Shown here in pieces: positions 1 to 9,760 of a DNA stretch of 36,373 bases. Location: NCBI RefSeq assembly GCF_004010195.1, contig NC_057719.1:55044862-55081234 (forward strand). Direction: 5' to 3'. Below the pieces are notes generated by a model, which searched no databases, was not told the DNA's origin, and worked only from the letters and a program-made list of their open reading frames with translations. This DNA comes from Chiloscyllium plagiosum. Lineage: Eukaryota. Position 1 is the stretch's first letter. Each line of letters opens with the position of its first letter. The translations under genes were made by a program, and so were the position numbers.

Positions 1-187
1 CCCTATCACCTTCCACCTATCGCATTTCCAACGCCCCTCCCCCAAGTCCCTCCTCCCTACCTTTTATCTTAGCCTGCTGGGCACACTTTCCTCATTCCTG
101 AAGAAGGGCTTATGCCCGAAATGTCAATTCTCCTGCTCCTTAGATGCTGCCTGACCTGCTGCGCTTTTCCAGCAACACATTTTCAGC
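1..187 (+). mobile_element. Penelope-like element pseudo-LTR (subfamily A), truncated by window edge, ending at the pLTR/tail boundary TTTTCAGC
   Basis: Near-identical to 7002-7177, the 3' end of the YIDD-RT-bearing PLE. Contains the hammerhead motif at 98-125. Confidence 0.85.
98..125 (+). ncRNA. Minimal hammerhead ribozyme motif (PLE type), with CpG decay in the helix III tetrad
   Basis: CTGAAGA-A-GGGC-TTAT-GCCC-GAAA-TGTC. Intact relatives read GAAACGTC. Confidence 0.7.
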
Positions 188-642
188 AAACATATACTGT
201 GCCATGAATTAACAAGGCATTATTACACATGTATTTATTGTTCAGGATCTGATTACACATGAGAGGAATATTATTACTGAGCCAAACCCAGCTCTTAGTA
301 GAGAATCAATAAGCTTGAATCTGAATTTGCAATGTAAGTCGTGCAAACCAACCTGACTTCAACAGAGTGAACTTCAGAAGGTTTTAAATCGAGACTCATC
401 TGAGTGGACAGGTTGGTCACCAGCCAAGTGGGTGGAAATTAGGAGCTGCCAGTTGCTGGAATCAATGGGTCAGGTGGTAGGAGAATGCAGCTGGAAAACT
501 AAGGAATAGTTTCCAAGATGCAGGCACATGCCCTGGGGAGGTGAAGTATGGTTGGGCAACTCTGAATTGGAGGAATTCTAGGGTGGCAGTTGAAGGAGGG
601 GTCTGAAACTACCCATGTCCAAAGGAAACAATCAGACGCAGT

Positions 643-930
643 CAGGTTATAGTCCAACAAGTTTATTTCGAATCATAGGCTTTGGAGTGTTGTTCCTTTG
701 CTGAAAATGTGTTGCTGGAAAAGCGCAGCAGGTCAGGCAGCATCCAGGGAACAGGAGAATTGATGTTTCGGGCATAAGCCCTTCTTCAGGAATCTTCAGA
801 TTCCTCCCTCCCCTTCCTCGACCTTTCTATTTCTATCTCAGGCGACCGAATCAACACGGACACAGCTCTGATCTCCAGCATCTGCAGACCTCACTCTCTC
901 CTCCAGTGTTGTTCCTTTGTCAGGTGAAGT
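643..930 (-). mobile_element. Decayed terminal segment of a different hammerhead-bearing PLE-related repeat, interrupted by the 701-904 insertion
   Basis: Removing 701-919 and reading the minus strand gives CAC-CTGACAA-AGGAACAACACTCC-AAAGC-CTATGATT. This is a decayed CTGAYGA-stem II-GAAA core followed by AATAAACTTGTTGGACTATAACCTG. Confidence 0.6.
701..904. mobile_element. Miniature rearranged PLE insertion: inverted pLTR (701-793) + RT fragment (796-862) + pLTR end and 3' tail (863-903), with 15-bp TSD
   Basis: TSD AGTGTTGTTCCTTTG at 686-700 and 905-919. 796-862 matches 6131-6197, 863-903 matches 7174-7214, and 701-793 is the reverse complement of the pLTR with a hammerhead motif at 762-789. 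Confidence 0.85.
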
Positions 931-1016
931 GGAAACAGTGCATAGGACTCCATGGACACTACAAAAATAAGAGCACTCTTTTCATGATCCGAGAGGAGCA
1001 TAGCTATTCTGCTTTA

Positions 1017-1113
1017 GGAGATAATGGCATACTGATATCGCTGCTGATTTAGTAGTCCAGAGGCTAGGTAATATTCTGGGGACCTGGATTCAAAGCCCAC
1101 CATGGCAAATGGT
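1017..1113 (+). mobile_element. 5' fragment of a tRNA-derived SINE (same family as 11808-12150)
   Basis: Aligns by eye with 11808-11905 (A-box-like TGGC..TG, CTGGGGACCTGGATTCAAAGCCCACC B-box-like). Confidence 0.6.
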
Positions 1114-1666
1114 TTCCTTTGGAGAAGCAGTGTCAAACCAGAGGACACAGTTTATAATTAAATGAGATGTCACTTATAAGACCATAAGACTTAGAAGTAA
1201 AGGTAAGGCCATTCGGCCTATCACGTCCACTCTGCCATTTGATCATGGTTGATGGGCATTTCAACTCCACTTATCCGCAGTCTCCCCACAGCCCTGAATT
1301 CCTTGCGAGATCAAGAATTTATCAATCTCTGCCTCCACTGCTCTCTGTGGCAATGAATTCCACAGGCCCACCACTCTCTGGCTGAAGAAATGTCTCCTCA
1401 TTTCTCCGCTTATGTCTAAGATGAGGATAAAATCTTTTACTCAGAGGGTTGTGAACATCTGGAATCCTTGATCACAGGCAGCTGTGAAAGTTCAGTATTT
1501 GAGTATGTTTAAGGTAGAGATTGACAAAGTTCTGATTGCCAATGACAGACAGAGTTATGGGGATGGGGTGGGTAAAAGAATTTGAAATGTTCAATCAGTC
1601 ATGATTGAATATAATGGTGTGGTAGACCTGATGCACTATATGGCCTACTCTTGTTCCAATGTTCCT
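1112..1666 (+). mobile_element. CR1 LINE 3' end, interrupted by an antisense CR1 3' fragment
   Basis: FTQRVVNIWNSL-like segment (tttactcagagggttgtgaacatctggaatcc), FKVEIDK-like segment and 3' UTR ending tggcctactcttgttccaatgttcct. Confidence 0.75.
1176..1407 (-). mobile_element. CR1 LINE 3' end nested in the opposite orientation
   Basis: Minus strand reads FFSQRVVGLWNSLPQRAV and ends in a (tcttatgg)-type tandem tail (taagaccataagac on +). Confidence 0.8.
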
Positions 1667-2692
1667 GACTTTGTATAAATCTTCTCACCACTGTTGGTCC
1701 CAACCCTTAACCACAGGACAGTCCTCCTCCCATTTCAAATCCTACTGGGAGTTCAGTTCAATAGAGGAATTACATAGAACTTAGCCCCACAGCCCTCTCA
1801 ATAATTGGCTGTGATCTGTTAGTACTCATAAGCAACCGGTAACAACACCAAATTCCTCATGGCAAACTTAGAATGGGGCAGGTATAAAGTATAGTTTATT
1901 TCTAGATTTGATTATGTGAATCTGTTTAATATTGATGCTCACTGTGCCTGATTGGTTAAGCCTGGGCGTTGTTCCACAGAAGAATAAACCATCTATAGAA
2001 ACTGCTGGAAGCAAAGAACAAAAAGCATGAAGCAGAGAAGCGCATTGGATACAAATGGATTCCCTTCCTGAGTATGTTCATAAGTCATATTGCATACAGT
2101 TTGGAACATAATATAGTAGAATATGAAATTACCGTTCATAAATACGTGCAAACATTCACATTCTGGATCCTTAAAAGTGATATTTATATGGGATCTCATT
2201 CAAAAGGGTTTATAAATTGAACATCCTTAGGTCAGGACTGCCTGTAATGTCACTAGATTGCAATTACACACAAATAAGCTGATGTGTCATAGTCCCAAGT
2301 TGCAACTTATACAAAGGAAAGGAAACTCATCCAGTACCTGGACCTTTTTTTCGGAAGGGAGGGCCAGTGACTGGATAGAACAATGAAGCTGCAGCAGATT
2401 TCACTCACTAATTCTATTTTCTGCTCTTATCCCATACAATCTTAGCCAACATCATCAAGTTGAATCCAACACATTTCCTCATATTTATCATAGGCAATCA
2501 GTGACCTTCTGGTGGTTCTGCAGATGCTCATCGACGAGCATTTTATGTTTCAGTGTAATGTTTATCCACATCTCGGGAATAAATGTACATTTGCATCAAA
2601 TCAACAAAGCAGTTTGTTTACATATTCTCTTTAAAATTGAATGAAACATCATAGTTGTCATTATGAATTCAGCTAAACAATATTCCAACACT

Positions 2693-2812
2693 AAAGCAAA
2701 ATACGGTAGATGCTGGAAATCTTAAGTAAAAACAGAAAATGCTATGAAACGATTATCAGGTTTCATCTGGAGGGAGAGAAATCTAATGCTTCAGGTCAAT
2801 ATCCTTTCAGGA
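2693..2812 (-). mobile_element. Decayed PLE-derived terminal fragment (tail + degenerate hammerhead)
   Basis: aaagcaaaatacggtagatgctggaaatc...aaaacagaaaatgct resembles 21418-21515 and the reverse complement of 14800-14896. Confidence 0.6.
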
Positions 2813-5084
2813 GAAAAGTTGTTGCAAAGCATGGTATTTGTAGTTAAATTAATAACGTAAAGGCAATATTTTTGCAATATTCATTCCATTTTTAATTCTC
2901 AGGACTGAAAAGGACTCAGACAGATACTTAAACTTGTCTATCCTCTCCATAGATACGAATTCCACATAGGCTTTGTACACTTGTGAACAAGTCATGCCTC
3001 AGCTATGCTGAGAAATAAATAAATACAAATCAAGAAAACATGCAAACAGTTCTGTTTTAGTTTAAGCCAATTCTATGACCACAGTTAATGATTGCATTTT
3101 ATTTCTATAATAGCTTTGTCTGCCTAGTATCCAATGCACTTGGTTTAAATTTGCACTAATAACTGTGGGCTAAATTAGTTCAACTTGAATGGGCAACTTT
3201 TTCAGCATATTGAATGATAAATCAAAACTGTCTGCTCAGCTTCTTATTATTGGTGCATTATTTCCCCCAAGAGTCTCATTAACTCTGTCACAGCAATGCC
3301 ATATTCATTCAAGCTCAAGAAGTTGTCCTTTTAATGGTTCCAATGCCAAAAGGAGTTACAGGAACAGGTTCCATCAAGTAGCTTTTGTCATAGCATTGTG
3401 GACCAGATTTTGCTGATGATATTAGGCACTTGAATGATGCATAGTGCTATTATTGTATAACTTAACCAGCAACACTTAATGCTGAAGAAATTTCCTGTGA
3501 ATTGTGAATCACCACAAGTTGTTGGATGATACGCATGCACTTTTGAAAACAAACAGTAAGAATTGTTGTTTAATTTTCCCATCATAACCATGTAAGAAGC
3601 TTTGCTGATGTTGTATGGTTGCTGCTGATACACAGTGATCATTTTTGGTGAATAATGATTACATCCATCCAGTGACCATATCCAAATGTTTCTCATTGCG
3701 AATACTGCCACTGAATGCAAACAATTGTTTTTTAGTGATAATGGTTCCTTCTACTGAAAAGGTTAGAAAGCCACAAAGGGATCAGTTCCATCCTTTACTT
3801 CTCTTTCAAGGTATAATGGGGACTCAAGGGTTAAATATTCCATGACCAAAGAGACTCACTCAATTGTATGTCTGTACTCTTACAGAATAGATAGAACATT
3901 TCAGTAGGGAGGAGGCTGACTGAATCTTAGAGAAGGAATCCATTGGAGCCACACATGTGGATTCCTCTGCAGCCTCAGGCAAAGGTATTGTCCTCCTTAG
4001 ACAAGACTGATAGCTTTGGCCACAACCCTGTTAAACTGCCTCCTGCTCCCATTATCTTGCTTCTCCTCCGTATTAGCATAGGTATGTGAATCCCCCATTG
4101 AGAACAGGCAAACCCTTCTGTTTTAAGCTCTTCTCATCAACACATGATCATGAAGAATACGATAATTAGACCCTGTAATCCATTCACTCATTATCACAGG
4201 ACATTGACATTCACCGGGCCTTGTAAAATTATAATTGCCCATCTTAAACAACGTAACGACAATCAACTGTGTGACGAACAGGCCTTTTGTATTATTCTAT
4301 TAAAAAGTACTGCCTTTGTGTGTAGAGCAGAGATTCGTGAAGAAGTGTCACCACAAGTAGACGCACAACTACTTTTGGGGACATTGAGAATCTCTCGCCG
4401 GCTCTCCGATAATAAAGCATCTACCATTGTGCTGAAACTTGTGGAACAAAATATACACCAACATTACAAATTTAAGAAACTGTGATGGCTTTGGAGTGCT
4501 TTGATGACTCTTGAATGAAAGTGATCAAAAGGAATTATAATGTTAAAAGATAGCAAATGAAAACTTTTCATGATGATAGATGATCACCGTTTCTATAATC
4601 AAAACTGACTAAAATCATACCTCTAGAAGTCAAGTGATATACTGATATTTCAAGCACAAACGAATACAAAATCAATGTCAAATTTTCTGGTCGGATAACC
4701 CTAACCCATTACACCTCCCTCCTCCCCACAACCACTCTACGTGCCCTTTCAGTATCTACTCATACTTAACTCGGATCTGTACAATTGTTTCTTTATTCTT
4801 ACTGTGTTACTATCCTCAAACCACATCTTAATTGCGCTGTACAACCAACCGTTGGTTCAAGAAGATGCCTCACAACTATGATCTCAAAGAGCAGTTTGAG
4901 ATTGACAATCATCGGTTGTGGGATTATTTTGTTTTCTATTGCTTGCAACTTGTTCACATATAATCTTGTGTTTTAATTTCAGTGGGTTGACATTTCATTT
5001 GCCGTCATACCTGGTGCTGTATCTGACTTGTTCTTCTGTATTCCTCATTGAGACTGTGTTGACCCCCTGCTGTTATGCTAGTGG

Positions 5085-5240
5085 TAGACTGGAGGATATG
5101 ATGGGCCATGAAGCAAAATTGTCATTGAATGTAATTCTGCTGATGATGGTAATGTACGACACTTCATAGATATTCCAATTTCAGCTACTGAATCTGTTCT
5201 GGATATCATTCATCTCATTTAATGCAACATTGAACATTGG
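5085..5240 (-). mobile_element. Old internal fragment of the CR1-group LINE family also seen at 7590 and 32010
   Basis: Weak resemblance recalled for this family's endonuclease-proximal region. Heavily decayed. Confidence 0.3.
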
Positions 5241-5956
5241 CCTGGGTAGTGTACATTATCACCTCCAATGATGATAATTGGGGTTCTGAACTTCCATTAT
5301 TATGGTCAGGTGAGAACTGGTCAAATTGTTTCCTTTTTTTCCATGTTTTGGTTGGTTGCAGTAGTGTTTTTCTTACCAAAATAATGAATGCTAACTAATT
5401 TAAATGCTGTGACTGTAAAAAAAATGCAAAAACAGGTTTTATGTAAGATTTAAAAGAAAGAAAAATTGTACTTATTGTACTGAATACACGATCAATAAAA
5501 ATACTGCAAAATATACTCGCACAAGTATCGAAGAGATTCACGCATATTCAGAAGAAGGTTACAAAGAGAGAGCCTAGATTCAGTTGTTTAAGAGCTGCCA
5601 AAGAAGTAAATCATCTGCCATTCAATCGTTGGATGGTTTCAAGCTGGGTTAGTGATTTTTTCTAAGTTCTATGCAGACGATTTAAAATGTTGTTGGGTGA
5701 ACTTTGCCTTTTCCTTTGAAGGTTTACATTGAAGATGATTCCTACTTTGTTTGACTGGTCAAAATGCATGGTAGCAGAACAGCTGGAGAATCCAAGAACA
5801 AGACCACTAGTCTTCTTCTGCTGTTACATACACAGATGATTTCAGTTTTTTCTGACTCTGAAAACCAGTTTTTTTAAAAAAATACAAAGGATTAGTCTGC
5901 TCCACATGACTGCCATGTCTAAACTGGACAGTTATCAAGTATATGTGGAACATATC

Positions 5957-6214
5957 GTAGGATATGTGGAACAGTCCATCTTCCGCAATTACACTGGCCC
6001 CACCCCTCACCTTTTCCTCTGCTACATCGATGACTGTATCGGCGCCGCCTCGTGCTCCCACAAGGAGGTTGAACAGTTCATCCACTTCACCAACACCTTC
6101 CACCCCGACCTCAAATTCACCTGGACAGTCTCAGATTCCTCCCTCCCCTTCCTCGACCTTTCTATTTCTATCTCAGGCGACCGAATCAACACAGACATCT
6201 ACTACAAACCAACC
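5957..6214 (+). pseudogene. PLE reverse transcriptase fragment
   Basis: VGYVEQSIFRNYTGPTPHLFLCYIDDCIG...FHPDLKFTW...LPFLDLSI...TDIYYKPT contains the PLE-typical YIDD, FLD and YxKPT motifs. Confidence 0.9.
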
Positions 6215-6961
6215 NNNNNNNNNNNNNNNNNNNNNNNNNNNNNNNNNNNNNNNNNNNNNNNNNNNNNNNNNNNNNNNNNNNNNNNNNNNNNNNNNNNNNN
6301 NNNNNNNNNNNNNNNNNNNNNNNNNNNNNNNNNNNNNNNNNNNNNNNNNNNNNNNNNNNNNNNNNNNNNNNNNNNNNNNNNNNNNNNNNNNNNNNNNNNN
6401 NNNNNNNNNNNNNNNNNNNNNNNNNNNNNNNNNNNNNNNNNNNNNNNNNNNNNNNNNNNNNNNNNNNNNNNNNNNNNNNNNNNNNNNNNNNNNNNNNNNN
6501 NNNNNNNNNNNNNNNNNNNNNNNNNNNNNNNNNNNNNNNNNNNNNNNNNNNNNNNNNNNNNNNNNNNNNNNNNNNNNNNNNNNNNNNNNNNNNNNNNNNN
6601 NNNNNNNNNNNNNNNNNNNNNNNNNNNNNNNNNNNNNNNNNNNNNNNNNNNNNNNNNNNNNNNNNNNNNNNNNNNNNNNNNNNNNNNNNNNNNNNNNNNN
6701 NNNNNNNNNNNNNNNNNNNNNNNNNNNNNNNNNNNNNNNNNNNNNNNNNNNNNNNNNNNNNNNNNNNNNNNNNNNNNNNNNNNNNNNNNNNNNNNNNNNN
6801 NNNNNNNNNNNNNNNNNNNNNNNNNNNNNNNNNNNNNNNNNNNNNNNNNNNNNNNNNNNNNNNNNNNNNNNNNNNNNNNNNNNNNNNNNNNNNNNNNNNN
6901 NNNNNNNNNNNNNNNNNNNNNNNNNNNNNNNNNNNNNNNNNNNNNNNNNNNNNNNNNNNNN
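6215..6961. other. Assembly gap (747 N)
   Basis: Run of N. Confidence 1.
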
Positions 6962-7087
6962 CCCACCCCAGTCTGACCTTTCACCCTCACCTTGACCTCT
7001 TTCCACCTATCACATTTCCGACGCCCCTCCCCCAAGTCCCTCCTCCCTACCTTTTATCTTAGCCTGCTGGACAAACTTTCCTCACTC

Positions 7088-7115
7088 CTGAAGAAGGGCT
7101 TATGCCCGAAATGTC
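7088..7115 (+). ncRNA. Minimal hammerhead ribozyme motif in the PLE pLTR
   Basis: CTGAAGA-A-GGGC-TTAT-GCCC-GAAA-TGTC-GATTC. Confidence 0.7.
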
Positions 7116-7589
7116 GATTCTCCTGTTCCCTGGATGCTGCCTGACCTGCTGCGCTTTTCCAGCAACACATTTTCAGCTCTGATCTCCAGCATCTGCAGAC
7201 CTCACTTTCTCCTCAAAGTTATCAAGTATAACCACAATAAGCTTGGGAACCCTGATTTGAGGACAATGGAGACCCCTTTCAGCCAAATGCATTTTCCAAT
7301 GTGATTGAGTTCAATGTCTTGGTCTTGGTCTTGGCACTCAGAGAAATAATCAGATTATGAATGAATGCCTTTGACCAGTTCAGCAGATGGACATTCATGA
7401 ACAGGATGATAATGAGTATGTATTCTAATTCATTTAAACTTGTTGTCTTGGTGGGCTATGTCCGGCTAGTCTGATTGTACATAGAGCTTTGAAAATGGTA
7501 AAATTTGAGTGATGTAAATATTTAACCATCTTAACCTCAACAGGAAAATTTTAACTCAGTGCTAAGTTCAGGCAGGTCCAAAAGCAACA

Positions 7590-8100
7590 AACTCACTTAC
7601 TGCCATTCCAAAGGCTGTCAACAAGTCACAAGTATGATGGAATATTTCTCATTTACCTTCATGGATGCAGCTCTAACAACAAGCAAGAAGCTCAACACCA
7701 ACAACAAAGCAGTTTACTTCATTGACACCACATCCACAAACATTCACTTCCTCCACCAGCAATGCACAGAGCAACTGTGTGTACTATCTTCAAGATGAGC
7801 TGCAGAAATTGGCTAAGACCCCTTAGGTAGTAACTTTCAAACCCATGACCACTACCATCTAGAAGGACAAGGAGCAAATGAATGGGAAAACCACCACTTA
7901 CAAAGTTCCATTCACAGCCACTCACTATCCTTCTTTTGAGGTAACTGGACTTCCCTCCCTAACAGCATGGTGGGTGTGCCTAAGGCAAATGGACTGCTGC
8001 AGTTCAAGAAGGATGCTCATCATCTCCTTCTCAAAGGCAATTAGGAATGGGAAATAATTATTGACTCAGCCAATGTTATTAACCATTAAAAAAAAACAAA
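7590..8100 (+). mobile_element. 3' end of a CR1-group LINE (second family), with A-rich end
   Basis: Decayed ORF2 C-terminus QVTSMMEYFSFTFMDAALTTSKKLNT..KAVYFIDTTSTNIHFLHQQ. Tail ggcaattaggaatgggaaataatta followed by an A run. Confidence 0.75.
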
Positions 8101-8660
8101 TTCTGTAACGATGGCAGTGTAGGAGCTAGTAATCTTTGATTAGTCACAAATGCTCTTGAAGTGTGCATGAAGTCTGTAAAACTGTTAAGCTCTAAATTCC
8201 TAATAAAAAATTAAAACAACTTGCATGTCAATGTCAGTGCGTCTTTTGTTCTTGCAGTGGCTGTTAGTTGACATTACTCTCCTCAGGGATCTTTTTGAAT
8301 GCTTGACTGCATTCCACACCACATTGTTAATTCAACAATAGCTCTAAATTCACAATTTCATTGACAACTGAAAAGAAGTTATGAAATGATTAACTATGTC
8401 TTATGTCTGGTTGTAAAATTGACTTTGTTTTTTTATACCAGATTAAACACTCAGTTGTTAAACAGATTTGAGTGGTTTATTTGTAAGATTTATTTTTATT
8501 ATAATGAGGGCTGCACTAGATATTTATAGCTTTACTTTGTTTCATCTCAACACAGCTCCTGAGGGCTGCCATAATGTCTATTGAGTGAGCCACCATGGTG
8601 GGTATAAGGGCCAAGAATAGTTGGTAGATTGGCATGGATTGGCATGAACTGTCATTATGA

Positions 8661-9228
8661 GCTGAAAATGTGTTGCTGAACAAGCGCAGCAGGTCAGGCA
8701 GCATCCAAGGGGCAGGAGAATCAACATTTCGGGCATGAGCCCTTCTTCAGGAATGAGGAAAGTGACAGGCCGGAGTAGGGGTGGGCGCGGAGAGGAGAAA
8801 GTGAGGACTGCAGATGCTGGAGATCATAGCTGAAAAGGTGTTGCTGGAAAAGCGCAGCAGGTCAGGCAGCATCCAAGGAGCAGGAGAATCGACGTTTTGG
8901 GCATGAGCTCTTCTTCAGGAATGACGAAAGTGTGCCCAGCAGGCTAAGATAAAAGGTAGGGAGGAGGGACTTGGGGGAGGGGCGTTGGAAATGCGATAGG
9001 TGGAAGGAGGTTAAGGTGAGGGTGATAGGCCGGAGNNNNNNNNNNNNNNNNNNNNNNCTGCATGTCCTTGATGGAGTGGGAGGGGGAGTTGAAGTATTGA
9101 GCCACGGGGTGGTTGGGTTGGTTGGTTCGGGTGTCCCAGGAGGTGTTCTTGAAACGTTCCGCAAGTAGGCGGCCTGTCTCCCCAATATAGAGGAGGCCAC
9201 ATCGGGTGCAGCAGATGCAGTAAATGAT
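8661..9228 (-). mobile_element. PLE subfamily A, antisense arm: partial pLTR (8661-8790), then tail + pLTR + GIY-YIG segment (8792-9228)
   Basis: Two hammerhead-like motifs (8723-8750, 8891-8918). Minus-strand peptide IIYCICCTRCGLLYIGETGRLLAERF. 22-N gap at 9036-9057. Confidence 0.88.
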
Positions 9229-9760
9229 GGCCCCAAGGGATCCTTCCGTATCCACCACAAATTCACCTGCACCTCCACACACATCATTTACTGCACCCGA
9301 TGTGACCTCCTCTATATTGGGGAAACAGGCCGCCTACTTGCAGAATGTTTCAGAGAACACCTCTGGGACACGCGGACCAACCAAACCAACCACCCCGTGG
9401 CTCAAGACTTCAACTCCCCCTCCCACTCCACCAAGGACATGCAGGTCCTTGGACTCCTCCAACGCCAGACCATAGCAACACGACGGCTGGAGGAAGAGTG
9501 CCTCGTCTTCTGCCTAGGAACCCTCCAACCACAAGGGATGAACTCAGATTTCTCCAGTTTCCTCATTTCCCCTCCCCCCACCTTGTCTCAGCCAAATCCC
9601 TTGAACTCAGCACCACCTTCCTAACCTGCAATCTTCTTCCTGATCTCTCCGCCCCCACCCCCACTCCGGCCTATCACCCTCACTTTATCACCCTCACCTT
9701 AACCTCCTTCCACCTATCGCATTTCCTACGCCCCTCCCCCAAGTCCCTCCTCCCTACCTT
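9229..9760 (+). mobile_element. PLE subfamily A, sense arm with GIY-YIG endonuclease C-terminus and start of pLTR
   Basis: HIIYCTRCDLLYIGETGRLLAECFREHLWDTRTNQTNHPVAQDFNSPSHS...RRLEEECLVFCLGTLQPQGMN. Confidence 0.9.

Larger units (their letters stand above)
5944..7216 (+). mobile_element. 5'-truncated Penelope-like element (subfamily A) with 14-bp TSD; interior is an assembly gap
   Basis: TSD AGTTATCAAGTATA at 5930-5943 and 7217-7230. RT peptide before the gap; pLTR, hammerhead and tail after it. Confidence 0.92.

Noticed and set aside
1999..2071. Possible exon KLLEAKNKKHEAEKRIGYKWIPFL followed by GTATGT
   Set aside because: No polypyrimidine tract, peptide not recognised and no partner exons. 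Compatible with chance.
5906..7035. Long ORFs of 277-356 aa in the ORF track
   Set aside because: Their length comes from reading through 747 Ns. Only 5957-6214 is real PLE RT sequence.
8944..9282. 112-aa minus-strand ORF as an intact nuclease gene
   Set aside because: Chimeric across the inversion junction and an N gap, and frameshifted. It is a PLE GIY-YIG remnant.
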